DNA of 34,334 bases from Caldilineae bacterium (GTDB lineage: Bacteria; Chloroflexota; Anaerolineae; DTLA01): positions 1 through 34,334 of the forward strand of contig JBBIHX010000016.1 in assembly GCA_037446815.1 (NCBI GenBank), read 5' to 3'. The translations under genes were made by a program, and so were the position numbers. Positions 9,898-18,987 of this stretch are shown piece after piece. Position 1 is the stretch's first letter, and each line of letters starts with the position of its first letter. The notes below the pieces were generated by a model. The model saw nothing but the letters and a program-made list of their open reading frames with translations. It had not been told where the DNA came from and searched no databases.

Positions 9898-10968
9898 CTA
9901 GGCCATGACCAGGCTCATGACGGCTTTCTGGACGTGCAGGCGGTTCTCGGCCTCATCGTACGCAGCCGATAGCCACGGGCGCTCCTTGGAACGGGTCGTG
10001 TTGTCAATGACCTCGTCGGTTACCTCGTACCCGCGGTCGCAGGGCAGGCAGTGCAGGTAGATGCTCTCGGGATCGGTGAGACGCATCTTCTCGGCGTCGC
10101 AAATCCAGTCCTTGTGGCTGTCAAAGATGGCCTGGGTCTTCTTGGGATCGTCCTCGCCGACCGGGGGCTTGAAGATGGGCACGGCGCACCAGGCCTTGGG
10201 ATAGACGACGTGGGCGCCCTTGAACGCCTCGCGCATGTCGTGGCTGATCTTGAACGAGCCGCCGTTGTGCCGCGCGTTGGCCTCGCACGCCGCCAGGACT
10301 TCGGGATCCAGTTCCATGCCCTCGGGGTGCGCCAGCGTAACGTTCATGCCCATCATGGTAGCGGCGATGATGGCGCTCTGGGGCACGGCGCGGGGCTTGT
10401 GAATGCTGGGCGAGTAGGCCCAACTCATGACGAAGTTGACGCCCTTGAACGTGCCGAACTTCTCCTTGACGGTGAGGATGTCGGCCAGGGCCTGGAATGG
10501 ATGGTACTTGTCGTCCTCCATGTTGAGCACGGGGATGTCGGCCCAGTAGGCGAAGTTGCGGATCAACTCGTTGGCGCCGCCGTACACCCAGTCCACCGGA
10601 TCGCCATAGCAGCGGATGGCGATGGCGTCGCCCATGCGAGCCAGCACGCGCGCCACGTCGGAGACGCGCTCGGTGGAGTAGGCCACTTCCTTGCCGGGGA
10701 GCGCCGGGGTGTAAATCTTGCCCGGGTCCAGGTAGTGGGCATGGCCGCCCAGTTGAGTCATGCCGGCCTCAAATGAGTTGCGGGTGCGCAGGCTCTGGTT
10801 GTAGAAGATCATGAACAGCGTGCGGGCGCGAAGCAGGTGGTCGTGCGGTTCGCGCATGGCGTAGCGCCGCTTTAGGTCCAGCGCCACGTCCAGGATGGTC
10901 TCAACCTCTTCGCGCGTCCAGTCCAACAGGGTGATGAAATCCTTGCCACGAAACGTTTCGGTCTTCAT
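9898..10968 (-). CDS. knotted transcarbamylase, YgeW/AOTCase-like
   Basis: NQSLRT, HPFQALAD, SWAYSPSIHKPRAVPQS Pro-rich loop, YPKAW, HCLP; ATG 10968 best spaced from aaggag. Confidence 0.87.
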   Translation of the reverse strand: MKTETFRGKDFITLLDWTREEVETILDVALDLKRRYAMREPHDHLLRARTLFMIFYNQSLRTRNSFEAGMTQLGGHAHYLDPGKIYTPALPGKEVAYSTERVSDVARVLARMGDAIAIRCYGDPVDWVYGGANELIRNFAYWADIPVLNMEDDKYHPFQALADILTVKEKFGTFKGVNFVMSWAYSPSIHKPRAVPQSAIIAATMMGMNVTLAHPEGMELDPEVLAACEANARHNGGSFKISHDMREAFKGAHVVYPKAWCAVPIFKPPVGEDDPKKTQAIFDSHKDWICDAEKMRLTDPESIYLHCLPCDRGYEVTDEVIDNTTRSKERPWLSAAYDEAENRLHVQKAVMSLVMA

Positions 10969-11001
10969 AAGCATCTCCTTTTGTAAAGTTGTTTTCGTTT
11001 C

Positions 11002-11742
11002 CTAACGCAAGGGAGCAATGCGGCGAATCAAATGGAACTTGAATACACTGGGCAAGAAGTAGTTCTGCGAGTAGCCGACAATCTGATTGTCCTGGGTGTA
11101 ACTGACCTCCTCTAGCAACAGGAGCACGGTGCTCGGCTTGACGCGCAACTTGGCGGCGACGGAGGAGTCGGCGCGGGTTGCGATGATGTTGGTCCAGGCG
11201 AAGGCAAGGGGCACCTGGCGCTCCAGCAGGTAGTCCAACACCGAACCCTTGAACGAGGCGCGCAGTGTGGCGATGTCCGTAACCCATGCGGGCAGCACGT
11301 CGTACATGTAGGCGGCGATGACGCCGTTGGTAACCTTGGTGCGGCCTACGGTGATGACCGTTTCGCCTGGGGCGATTCCCAGGCGCGAGGCGATTTCGCG
11401 CGGGGCCGGTTCCTCGCGGATTTCCAAATCTTCGGTCGTGCAGACGAGGCCCATGCGTCGGGCAAGGGTGTCCAGGCTCTCCAGTTGCTCCAGCCCGCTG
11501 TCTATGACATGGGTTGGCGCGTTGATGAAGGTCCCCAACCCTCGGCGGCGGGTGATGAGGCCCTTGTCCTCAAAGGCGCGCAGGGCCTCGCGGAGCGTGG
11601 CGCGGGAGATGCCCAGCCGCTGGGCCAGTTCCGGCTCCGGCGGCAACCGATCGCCGACACGGTAGGTCCCGTCCTGGATGAGACGATTGAGCGCCTCCTC
11701 GGCCTGGAGGTACAGGGGACGGGAGTCGTATTTCACTCGCAT
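11002..11742 (-). CDS. GntR family (HutC/UTRA) transcriptional regulator
   Basis: PLYLQ, GDRLPPEPELAQRLGISRATLREAL, RRRGLGTFI; C-terminal UTRA-like domain. Confidence 0.93.
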   Translation of the reverse strand: MRVKYDSRPLYLQAEEALNRLIQDGTYRVGDRLPPEPELAQRLGISRATLREALRAFEDKGLITRRRGLGTFINAPTHVIDSGLEQLESLDTLARRMGLVCTTEDLEIREEPAPREIASRLGIAPGETVITVGRTKVTNGVIAAYMYDVLPAWVTDIATLRASFKGSVLDYLLERQVPLAFAWTNIIATRADSSVAAKLRVKPSTVLLLLEEVSYTQDNQIVGYSQNYFLPSVFKFHLIRRIAPLR

Positions 11743-11754
11743 CCGGACACCCCT

Positions 11755-11801
11755 TTGTCTGATGTCTGACATATTATACACGCGCGCCGCGGGGCCGTCA
11801 A
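11755..11801 (-). promoter_or_regulatory. sigma70 promoter with candidate GntR operator
   Basis: TTGACG(11801-11796)-17 bp-TATAAT(11778-11773), followed by atgtcagacatcagacaa (palindrome atgtc-a-gacat; tcagaca twice). Confidence 0.75.
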
Positions 11802-11817
11802 ATCGCCAGCGGTTGCG

Positions 11818-11991
11818 GAATCGGTTCCAAGGGCTGTTGGCATCTACCGTCATTCTGAGCGGCGAAGCCGCGAAGAATCTCACCCCTCACCCCAACCCTC
11901 TCCCGAAGGGCGAGGGCGTGTCGCCTTCGGCTCAGCATGACAGAGAGGGAGGCGGCGCGCGGGACAGACCAACACAGTTTGGAACCGAATC
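11818..11991. mobile_element. MITE-like element type 2 (same TIRs, different cargo)
   Basis: Ends gaatcggttccaagggctgttgg / ccaacacagtttggaaccgaatc; cargo gtcattctgagc...gctcagcatgac with nested ccctctccc..gggcgaggg hairpin. Confidence 0.72.
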
Positions 11992-11999
11992 CAGCCGCG

Positions 12000-12150
12000 G
12001 AATCGGTTCCAAAGTCTGTTGGTAACCGTCATTGCGAGGGCGAGGAGCAGCCGAAGCAATTTCCGGGACGTGCGATTGCTTCGCGTCGCTCGCAATGACA
12101 TACAAGTGGAGTGGGCATGCGGTTCGCCAACACAAGATGAAGCACCGAAC
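12000..12150 (-). mobile_element. MITE-like element type 1, reverse orientation, diverged
   Basis: gaatcggttccaaagtctgttgg...gtcattgcgag...ctcgcaatgac...ccaacacaagatgaa; 8 bp from previous element; right end degenerate. Confidence 0.72.
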
Positions 12151-12158
12151 CGGCCGGC

Positions 12159-12187
12159 TTGACATCCTCACGACGCAGGGCTATCCT
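12159..12187 (+). promoter_or_regulatory. sigma70-type promoter for GNAT gene
   Basis: TTGACA(12159-12164)-17 bp-TATCCT(12182-12187). Confidence 0.68.
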
Positions 12188-12245
12188 TTCCATCCTGCGC
12201 GGCCCGACGCTTCGCGGCCCTAGCAAGCCCATAGGAGGACGGCTC

Positions 12246-12788
12246 GTGCTACCCAAACGCATCACCGCCGGAGACGGCCAGACCATCACGATTCGCCACG
12301 TGCGCGAAACGGACGCCGCTCCCCTCATCCGCCTGCTGAACGAGGTCTTCGCCGAGGAAGCCTTTATGCTGCGCTCCTCGTTCAACCAGACCCTGGAGGA
12401 CGAGGAGAGTTTTATCCGCAGCGTGTCGCCGCCCAGCCTGTACATCGTCGCCGAGTGCAGGGGCGCGCTCGTGGGCTGGCTTACGCTGTTCCAGCACCGC
12501 GCCGAGTTCTGCCGCCACGTCGCGGAACTGGGGATCGGGGTCAAGAGGGAGTTTCGGGGCCACGGCATCGGCTCCGCCCTCGTGGAGACGGCACAGGATT
12601 GGGCGCGGCGGGTAGGGTTTGAGAAGATCACCCTGGGCGTGCGGGCGTCCAACACGGTGGCGCGGCGGCTCTACGAGAAGCGCGGCTTCGTGTATGAGGG
12701 CCATCGCACGCGCCAGGTGAAGCACCGCGGCCAGTACGACGACGACTACCTGATGGCGTGGTTTGTGGACGCAGGCGCGCGCCTCTAA
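12246..12788 (+). CDS. GNAT family N-acetyltransferase
   Basis: LGIGVKREFRGHGIGSAL acetyl-CoA motif, N.VARRLYEKRGF; GTG 12246 after aggagg. Confidence 0.9.
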   Translation: MLPKRITAGDGQTITIRHVRETDAAPLIRLLNEVFAEEAFMLRSSFNQTLEDEESFIRSVSPPSLYIVAECRGALVGWLTLFQHRAEFCRHVAELGIGVKREFRGHGIGSALVETAQDWARRVGFEKITLGVRASNTVARRLYEKRGFVYEGHRTRQVKHRGQYDDDYLMAWFVDAGARL

Positions 12789-12833
12789 TCCATCGGCGCG
12801 GACGCGCCGGAAGCCCCGTTCCGCCTCGGCGGA

Positions 12834-13181
12834 CTACCCCGCGGCCTCCAGTTCGTCCAGCAGCGCCACAGCGCGGCGCAAGTGCGGGATCACGATGGAA
12901 CCGCCCACGACCAGCGCGACGGAGAAGACCTCAAACAGTTCCTCGCGGGTCGCGCCTTCCTCCACGCAGCGGATGACGTGGTAGGCAATGCAATCGTCGC
13001 AGCGCAACACCATGGACGCGACCAGGCCGAGCATCTCCTTGGTCTTCGTGGGGAGCGCGCCCGCGTTGTAGGTCTGGGTGTCCAGCGCGAAGAACCGCTT
13101 GATGACCAGGTTGTCCGCTTCCAGGATGCGCGCGTTCATCCGCTCGCGGAATTGCCGAAACTCCTCCAACCGACTGCCCAT
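12834..13181 (-). CDS. carboxymuconolactone decarboxylase/AhpD family protein
   Basis: GALPTKTKEMLGLVAS, LRCDDCIAYH CxxC motif, GATREE; ATG 13181 after aaggag. Confidence 0.9.
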   Translation of the reverse strand: MGSRLEEFRQFRERMNARILEADNLVIKRFFALDTQTYNAGALPTKTKEMLGLVASMVLRCDDCIAYHVIRCVEEGATREELFEVFSVALVVGGSIVIPHLRRAVALLDELEAAG

Positions 13182-13311
13182 ACGATCTCCTTGTGCGAAG
13201 TTGCGGTAGTTTATCACGCGCCCCGCCATCGCGCCAAACGCACGGCGCCCGGGCCAATCCCCGCCGCCGTCATCCTGAGCCGCGAAGGGCGAAGCAGGAC
13301 GGGAGGGGGAC

Positions 13312-13346
13312 AACGTGCGACGCACCTGCGAGGTGCGTCGCACGTT
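13312..13346. repeat. 35-bp palindrome family B
   Basis: aacgtgcgacgcacct-gcg-aggtgcgtcgcacgtt. Confidence 0.9.
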
Positions 13347-13380
13347 CCCCATTCGCGTCATTCGCGGATACACGGCGGCC

Positions 13381-16300
13381 TCACTCCGCGCCGGTAACGG
13401 GCAGGCGCGCGGGGGCCGCCAGCACATCGGCGTCGGCGCGCACCAGCAGGCGGTAGCCGCCGACGTAGGGCGCGCGCTGGGCGTACTGGCTGACCACGCC
13501 CACGATTCGGAGCACGTCTCCGCGCGCGATCTTGGGCCGTTGGGCCTGGCCGCCCTCGCGAAAGTACACCCGCGCCGGCCCCGACCCGTCGTCCAGCCAT
13601 AGGGCGCGACTCTCCACGTCCATCACGCGCCCCACCAGCGCGACAAGCCGTCCTTCCCATGCCTCGCCCATGTCGCCGGTGCGGATGCCGACCGGAGCGA
13701 TGGCAATGTCGGCATCAAAGACCTGCAAATCGCCCGGGACGGACACATAGAGTTGCAGTTCGCCATGGTAGTCGCGCAGGCGGCCCGTGGCCCGCAGCCA
13801 CTGACCTTCCACCAGCGGCGGATACTCGCCCTTGGCAAGGTACACCGCCAACCCCACGTTGCGGTCCTGGAGGAACACCAGCCGCTCGCTCACCGTTCCC
13901 GGCGGCGCGGTCAGTTGCCCCTGCGTGATGAGCCGTGTCCCCGGCGGCTGGATTCGCGCCAGGGGCAGGTCCATGAAGGGCGGGCCAGGCTGCGGCGTGG
14001 GCGGGGGAAGGGCGCGATTCGCCTCGCCCGGCGTAACCGCGCAGTCCCGCGTCCACTCGCCCACCCCATCGGGGATGCGGCCAAATGAGCGGTCGTACCC
14101 GGGTGTCTTCGTGTACACGAAGCGATCGGCCGGCGTGCCGTGGGGCCTCAGCAGTTGCACCGTGTCGCCGCCGTTGTTCAGCGCGATTCCGGTCTGGCGG
14201 CCGAAGAGCACCAGGTAGCCGCCCGGCGGGACTTCGCTCCCTGGCGGCAGGGTGTACGGCTTGCTGCCGCCATCGGGCGCGTCGTCCAGCACCCAGCCGG
14301 CGAGATTCACCGCGCGCGCCTCCAGATTCCGCAGTTCTATCCATTCATCGTGTCCGGAATCCAACTGCCCATCCCCGTCCCAATCCGTGGCATGGGGCGC
14401 GGGCAGGATTTCGTTCAGAACCACCCGCGCCAGAAGGTCGGGAGTTGAAGTGCCCGTGGGTGTCGGGCTGGGCGTGCGGGTCGCCGTGCGGGTGTAGGTG
14501 GCCGTCCGCGTGGGAGTGGCCGTGCGGGTGNNNNNNNNNNNNNNNNNNNNNNNNNNNNNNNNNNNNNNNNNNNNNNNNNNNNNNNNNNNNNNNNNNNNNN
14601 NNNNNNNNNNNNNNNNNNNNNNNNNNNNNNGCGGGTCGCCGTGCGGGTGTAGGTGGCCGTCCGCGTGGGAGTGGCCGTGCGGGTGTAGGTGGCCGTCCGC
14701 GTGGGAGTGGCCGTGCGGGTGGGGCTGGGTGTGCGCGTCGGAGTCGGCGATCCCGGCGCGTTGGCGTGTCCCGGCGATGGCGGGTAGGCGGCCGTCCACC
14801 CGCCCGACTCCGTGCGGCTCCACGAGCGGTCGTAGCCCATGGGCGGATAGGCGGTCTCATCTACCAGGGCGCCATCGGGCCCCAACAAGCGCACGCTATC
14901 CCCGTCGTTGTTCAGTGCCAGGCCGGTATCGCGCTTGAACAGGACGAGATAGCCGCCCGGCTCCACCCACAGGTCGGCGGGCGCACGCCACGGCTTGCTG
15001 CCTCCATCTGCCGCGTCGTCCAACTCCCAGCCGGCCAGGTTGATCGCGACCGGGCCGCAGTTGAACACCTCTACCCACTCGTCGTCGCTGGAGGGAGTGC
15101 CATCGGAATCCCAATCCACGTAACGGGGCGCGGGGAGAATCTCGTTCAGTCGCACCGTGCGGGGATACGGGGTGCTGGTGGGCGTAACGCTTGGCGTCGG
15201 GGTCGGCGCAGGCGTCTCCGTCGGCCAGGGCGCCGGAGGCTCGGTCGCTGTGAGCGTGGCGGTGGGCGTGTCTGTGGGCGCCGAAGTGTCCGTCGGCGTC
15301 GGCGTGGGCGAAGGCGTCTCCGTCGGCGAAGGCGTGCGCGTCGGCGTCGGCGTGCACGTAACCGGCAGGTTCGGGCCTCCGGGTGAAGGCGCGTATTCCC
15401 ACGTCCAGGCGCCATCGGCCTGCTTGCTGTATGCGCGGTCGTAGTCGGCCTTGCCGTAGGTTACCTTCTCCACCAGGACGTTATCCGGGCGCAGGAAATG
15501 CACTTCGTCGCCGTCGTTGTTCAGCGCGATGCCCGACTGCTTCTGGTAGATGACGAGATACCCCCTGCCCCAGATGAACGTATAGGGCGGGATGCGATAC
15601 TCCTTGGAGCCGCCATCCCGTCGGTCGTCCAACTTCCACCCGCCCACGTCCACCGGATACCACGCAGAGTTGTAGATTTCAATGTACTCGTCGTCTGGCG
15701 AAGGCGTGCCGTCTCCGTCGTAATCCACCCAACGCGGGGCGGGCATGATTTCGCTCAAGTGCAGGGTGGTGGGATAGGGTGTCTTTGTGAGCGTCGGCGT
15801 GGCCGTGAGCGTCGCCGTCCTGGTGGGAGTAGGCGTGCGCGTCGGCGTGGGCGTCCTTGTCGGCGAGGGCGTGCGGGTGAGGGTGGCGGTTTTGGTGTCC
15901 GTTGGCGTCCTGGTGAACGTCGGCGTGCGCGTAGACGTTGGAGAGGGAATGTCGGTGCTCGTGGCGGTGGGCGTGGCGGTGGCGGGGAGATTGGGGCCGC
16001 CAGGCGAGGGCGGATAAAGGAGCGTCCACACGCCCGCGCCATCCGCCGTGCGGCTGTACGATGCGTCGGGCAGCGATGTGTAGTACGTGTGCGCGTCGGC
16101 CACCGTGCCGTCGGGCCGCAGCAGCCGCACCGTGTCGCCCGCGTTGTCCAGGTTGATGCCCGTCGCCCTGCGGAAGAACAGGAGAAAACCGCCGGGCTGA
16201 ATCCACGTGCCCGCGGGGATGACGTAAGGCGCGGAGCCGGCATCCCGGATGTCGTCCAGCATCCAGCCGCCGAGGTCAACCGGCTGATCGCTTGCGCAGA

Positions 16301-16481
16301 AGAGTTCTATCCACTCGTCCAGGTGGTTTGCAACGCCATCGCCGTCCCAGTCCACGGCGACCGGCGCGGGGAGATACTCGTTGAGGACGACGGGCGGCGC
16401 TTGGGCGAACGCGAAGGACCGCAAGAGCGTATTCGCCAGGAACACGGAGACGACAGGCAACCCCCACGCCCAGCGGCGCAT
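13381..16481 (-). CDS. secreted protein with four lamin-tail domains, Thr/Pro linkers and C-terminal OB-fold-like region (one gene across scaffold gap)
   Basis: Signal peptide; four L(N/S)E(I/Y)xPAP...DxDxDG...DE(W/Y)(I/V)E...LxNxGD repeats; removing 100 N plus the 55-bp duplicated overlap gives 2946 bp in frame (981 aa). Confidence 0.82.
14476..14685. other. scaffold gap with 55-bp duplicated flanks inside 36-bp tandem repeat
   Basis: 14476-14530 is identical to 14631-14685. Confidence 0.9.
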
Positions 16482-16570
16482 GCCCTCACCCCCATGAGCA
16501 TATATCCGGCCGACCGCCTGCCCGCGGGCCGCCGGAATCCGCGAAGCCTATCGTGCTAGGATTGGGACGC

Positions 16571-16957
16571 CTAGGGATTCATGCCCTGAAGGTAAGCCAC
16601 CCACTCCTGCCAGTGGGAAGGCGCGTTGCTGTCTGCTGTGTCTGCGGAAGCCGCAGGGGAGGTGCCTCGGGGTTGCGACGGTTCCACGACGACGAGGACT
16701 TCGTTGGGGCGGGTCCAGCGGAGCCACTGCCTGGCGGCCAAGTCGGCCCAGTGCGGGCGCGACAGGGCCTCTCGCTGGGAGCGCAGGTCGGCGATTTCGG
16801 CCTCCAGCGCCGACTTGCTCTGCTGGAGGGTTTCAACCTGCCGATACAGGGTGTGGAGTTCGCGCGCGTCGTTGGCCAGGTTCGTCAGCGTCAGCACGCC
16901 AAACGCCACCAGGAACAACGCCACGATTTGTTGGAGAGACAGGAGCCTGTTTTTCAC
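16571..16957 (-). CDS. ftsB: septum formation initiator FtsB/DivIC family protein
   Basis: Short N-tail, one TM, coiled coil, AARQWLRWTRPNEVLV resembling AR..LG...PGE motif; GTG after gaggagg. Confidence 0.7.
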   Translation of the reverse strand: MKNRLLSLQQIVALFLVAFGVLTLTNLANDARELHTLYRQVETLQQSKSALEAEIADLRSQREALSRPHWADLAARQWLRWTRPNEVLVVVEPSQPRGTSPAASADTADSNAPSHWQEWVAYLQGMNP

Positions 16958-17054
16958 CGCGCCGCCTCCTCATGTGCCCGCTGCCCCACACCCATAGCAT
17001 ACCGCCATTGTGTTTCGTTGTCAAGCGGTTCAAGATCGGTGCCAAATAAAAAGG

Positions 17055-17138
17055 TGCCGAAGGAGGGATTTGAACCCACATGGGCGATTGCCCACTGCGC
17101 CCTGAACGCAGCGCGTCTGCCAATTCCGCCACTTCGGC
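17055..17138 (-). tRNA. tRNA-Leu(CAG)
   Basis: GCCGAAG/CTTCGGC acceptor stem, TGGCGGAATTGGCAGACGC D arm, CTGCG-TT CAG GG-CGCAG anticodon arm, long variable arm, GGTTCAAATCC; followed by CCT, so CCA not fully encoded. Confidence 0.96.
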
Positions 17139-17150
17139 ACTTCGGTTATT

Positions 17151-17179
17151 ATGGTAATGCGTTTTGGCCGATTTGTCAA
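17151..17179 (-). promoter_or_regulatory. sigma70 promoter for tRNA-Leu
   Basis: TTGACA(17179-17174)-17 bp-TACCAT(17156-17151). Confidence 0.72.
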
Positions 17180-17193
17180 ACTGGGTGGTGCGA

Positions 17194-17466
17194 CGATTGG
17201 TTTCAAACTCTGTTGGCATCTACCGTCATTCCGAGCGGCGAAGCCGCGAGGAATCTCGCGCCCCAATCCGTCCAATCCGTGCTATCCGTGGATGCAACCC
17301 CGAAGATGCTTCGCCTTCGCTCGCGATGACAGATGGGGGAATGCCGTGCGCTCGGCGCAGTCGGGGGCAGCGCCGTCATGTAGGGCGACCGGCCGGTCGC
17401 CCTACATGCTCGCAATGACGGAGGGCGCAACAACGTGCGACGCACCTTCGAGGTGCGTCGCACGTG
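17194..17466. repeat. composite repeat mosaic starting with a degenerate MITE end
   Basis: cgattggtttcaaactctgttgg TIR-like end, family C gtcattccgagcggcgaagccgcg, 9-bp periodic atccgtg.., GTAG REP 17380-17405, family B 17432-17466. Confidence 0.75.
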
Positions 17467-17483
17467 GAGACGCGGGCGGGATG

Positions 17484-18329
17484 CTACGGGAGCGGACAGC
17501 CGGCGATGCCGACCACGCCCGGGCCGGTGTGCGTGCCGATGACCGGGCTTAGTTCGGCGATGAAGCAGTCCTTGCAGTTGAAGCGATCCTGGATGGCCTG
17601 CTGAACGCCCTGGGCATCCTCCATGGCCTCCAGTTGGGCAATGCCTGCCACCATGGGGCGTTCGGTGCCGACGCCTTCCTGAACGTAGGCCATCGCGCGC
17701 TCCAGTCCCTTGCGCTTGGAGCGGGCCTTGTCCAGCGGCTCTATCGCGCCGTTGGTGAGGGTGAGCACCGGCTTGACGTTGAGGAGCGTGCCCATGAGGG
17801 CCGAGGCCCTGCCGATGCGCCCGCCCTTGTGCAGGTACTCAAGCGTGTCCACCACGAACCCGATGGTCATGGCGTCTCGCATGAACCCCAGTACTTTGAC
17901 GACCTCGGAGAGCGGCTCGCCGGCGTCCAGCGCCTTCACGGCCTGCTGGATGAGAATGCCCAGGCCGATGGACGTGGACAGCGAGTCAAAGATGGTAACG
18001 GGCGCCTGGCCCATTTCCTCCAGGGCGGCATGGGCCGAACTGATGGTGCCGCTCAACTTGCTGGAGATGTGGATGGAGAGGATTCCGTCCGCGCCATCCT
18101 TCAGCATCTGCTCATACTTGGCGCGGAATTCCCCCGCCGAGGGCTGCGAGGTGGTCGGCAACGTGGGCGAGTTCTTCAGCAGGTCCAGGAACTGGCGAGT
18201 GTCCAGGTCCACGCGGTCCAGGTACGTGCGCTGGGGCGTTACGACTTTGAGCGGGATGATTTCTATGCGCGGGTGGCCGTGGAGCGCCGGGGACATGTCT
18301 GCCGTGCTGTCGGTAAGAATCTTGATCAT
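17484..18329 (-). CDS. DegV/FakB family fatty-acid-binding protein
   Basis: IKILTDSTAD, PTTSQPS, ISSKLSGT, LHKGGRIG, LNVKPVL, VIGTHTGPG. Confidence 0.94.
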   Translation of the reverse strand: MIKILTDSTADMSPALHGHPRIEIIPLKVVTPQRTYLDRVDLDTRQFLDLLKNSPTLPTTSQPSAGEFRAKYEQMLKDGADGILSIHISSKLSGTISSAHAALEEMGQAPVTIFDSLSTSIGLGILIQQAVKALDAGEPLSEVVKVLGFMRDAMTIGFVVDTLEYLHKGGRIGRASALMGTLLNVKPVLTLTNGAIEPLDKARSKRKGLERAMAYVQEGVGTERPMVAGIAQLEAMEDAQGVQQAIQDRFNCKDCFIAELSPVIGTHTGPGVVGIAGCPLP

Positions 18330-18443
18330 ATCCGATACCTCCTCCAGAACATCATGATGGCGTTCACAACATACTAACCCCCTACCCGTCCTGAAGTTGC
18401 GAACCGCCACGCCTCCTGTCGTCGGTTCGGCGCCAGAGTGGGT

Positions 18444-18593
18444 GAGTCGGTCTCATCTTGTGTTGGTGAACCGTAGGCGCACTCTCCTCGTGTGTCGTTG
18501 CGAGCGAAGCGAAGCAACCCCACGTCCCAGGGATTGCTTCGGGCGCTCCGCGCCCTCGCAATGACAAATACCAACAGACTTTGGAACCGAATC
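18444..18593 (+). mobile_element. MITE-like element type 1 with perfect 8-bp target site duplication
   Basis: 150 bp; gagtgggt at 18436-18443 and 18594-18601. Confidence 0.85.
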
Positions 18594-18601
18594 GAGTGGG
18601 T

Positions 18602-18718
18602 GGGCATCTACTGTCGTCCTGAATCGCCAAGCGCCGAAGAATCTCCCCCTATCCGCGCAATCCATGTTATCCGTGGATACCGTTTCTCTATTCGCGTGGA
18701 TTCGCGTTATCCGTGGAC
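18602..18718. repeat. composite repeat unit (family C plus 9-bp periodic motifs)
   Basis: Reverse-complement homolog of the 119-bp unit at 26718-26836. Confidence 0.65.
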
Positions 18719-18743
18719 AACGATGATGTTCCCGAACGCGGCT

Positions 18744-18772
18744 TTGACACAATCGCCCTGTTCGCATACAAT
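18744..18772 (+). promoter_or_regulatory. sigma70 promoter upstream of fusA paralog
   Basis: TTGACA(18744-18749)-17 bp-TACAAT(18767-18772). Confidence 0.8.
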
Positions 18773-18987
18773 ACGCCTGCACGTGGGCCTGCGTGGAGGA
18801 ATCCCCAGGCCCGCCATTCATGTTTCGTATTACCCGAATCACGCAACCGGACAACGCCGCCTGCCGCGGAGCGCACGGGCCACGCAGACGGGACACACAG
18901 CGAATATCGGTGGGCGCTGCGGCCACGGGGTTGTTCCGGTGAATTTGTCAATACACTCGGACGCAATGTCCTGGACGAGGAGGATCC

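Noticed and set aside
7742..10968. Standard arginine deiminase (arcABC) or argF assignment
   Set aside because: No arcA or arcD adjacent, and both transcarbamylases lack the OTCase SMG substrate motif.
14476..14685. Apparent frameshift or split of the lamin-tail gene into two ORFs
   Set aside because: 100-N placeholder with identical 55-bp flanks; collapsing it restores one reading frame, so it is an assembly artefact.
17038..17058. ggtgcc repeat at the tRNA 3' end as an integration site
   Set aside because: Only 6 bp, no integrase and no distant copy of the tRNA 3' end.
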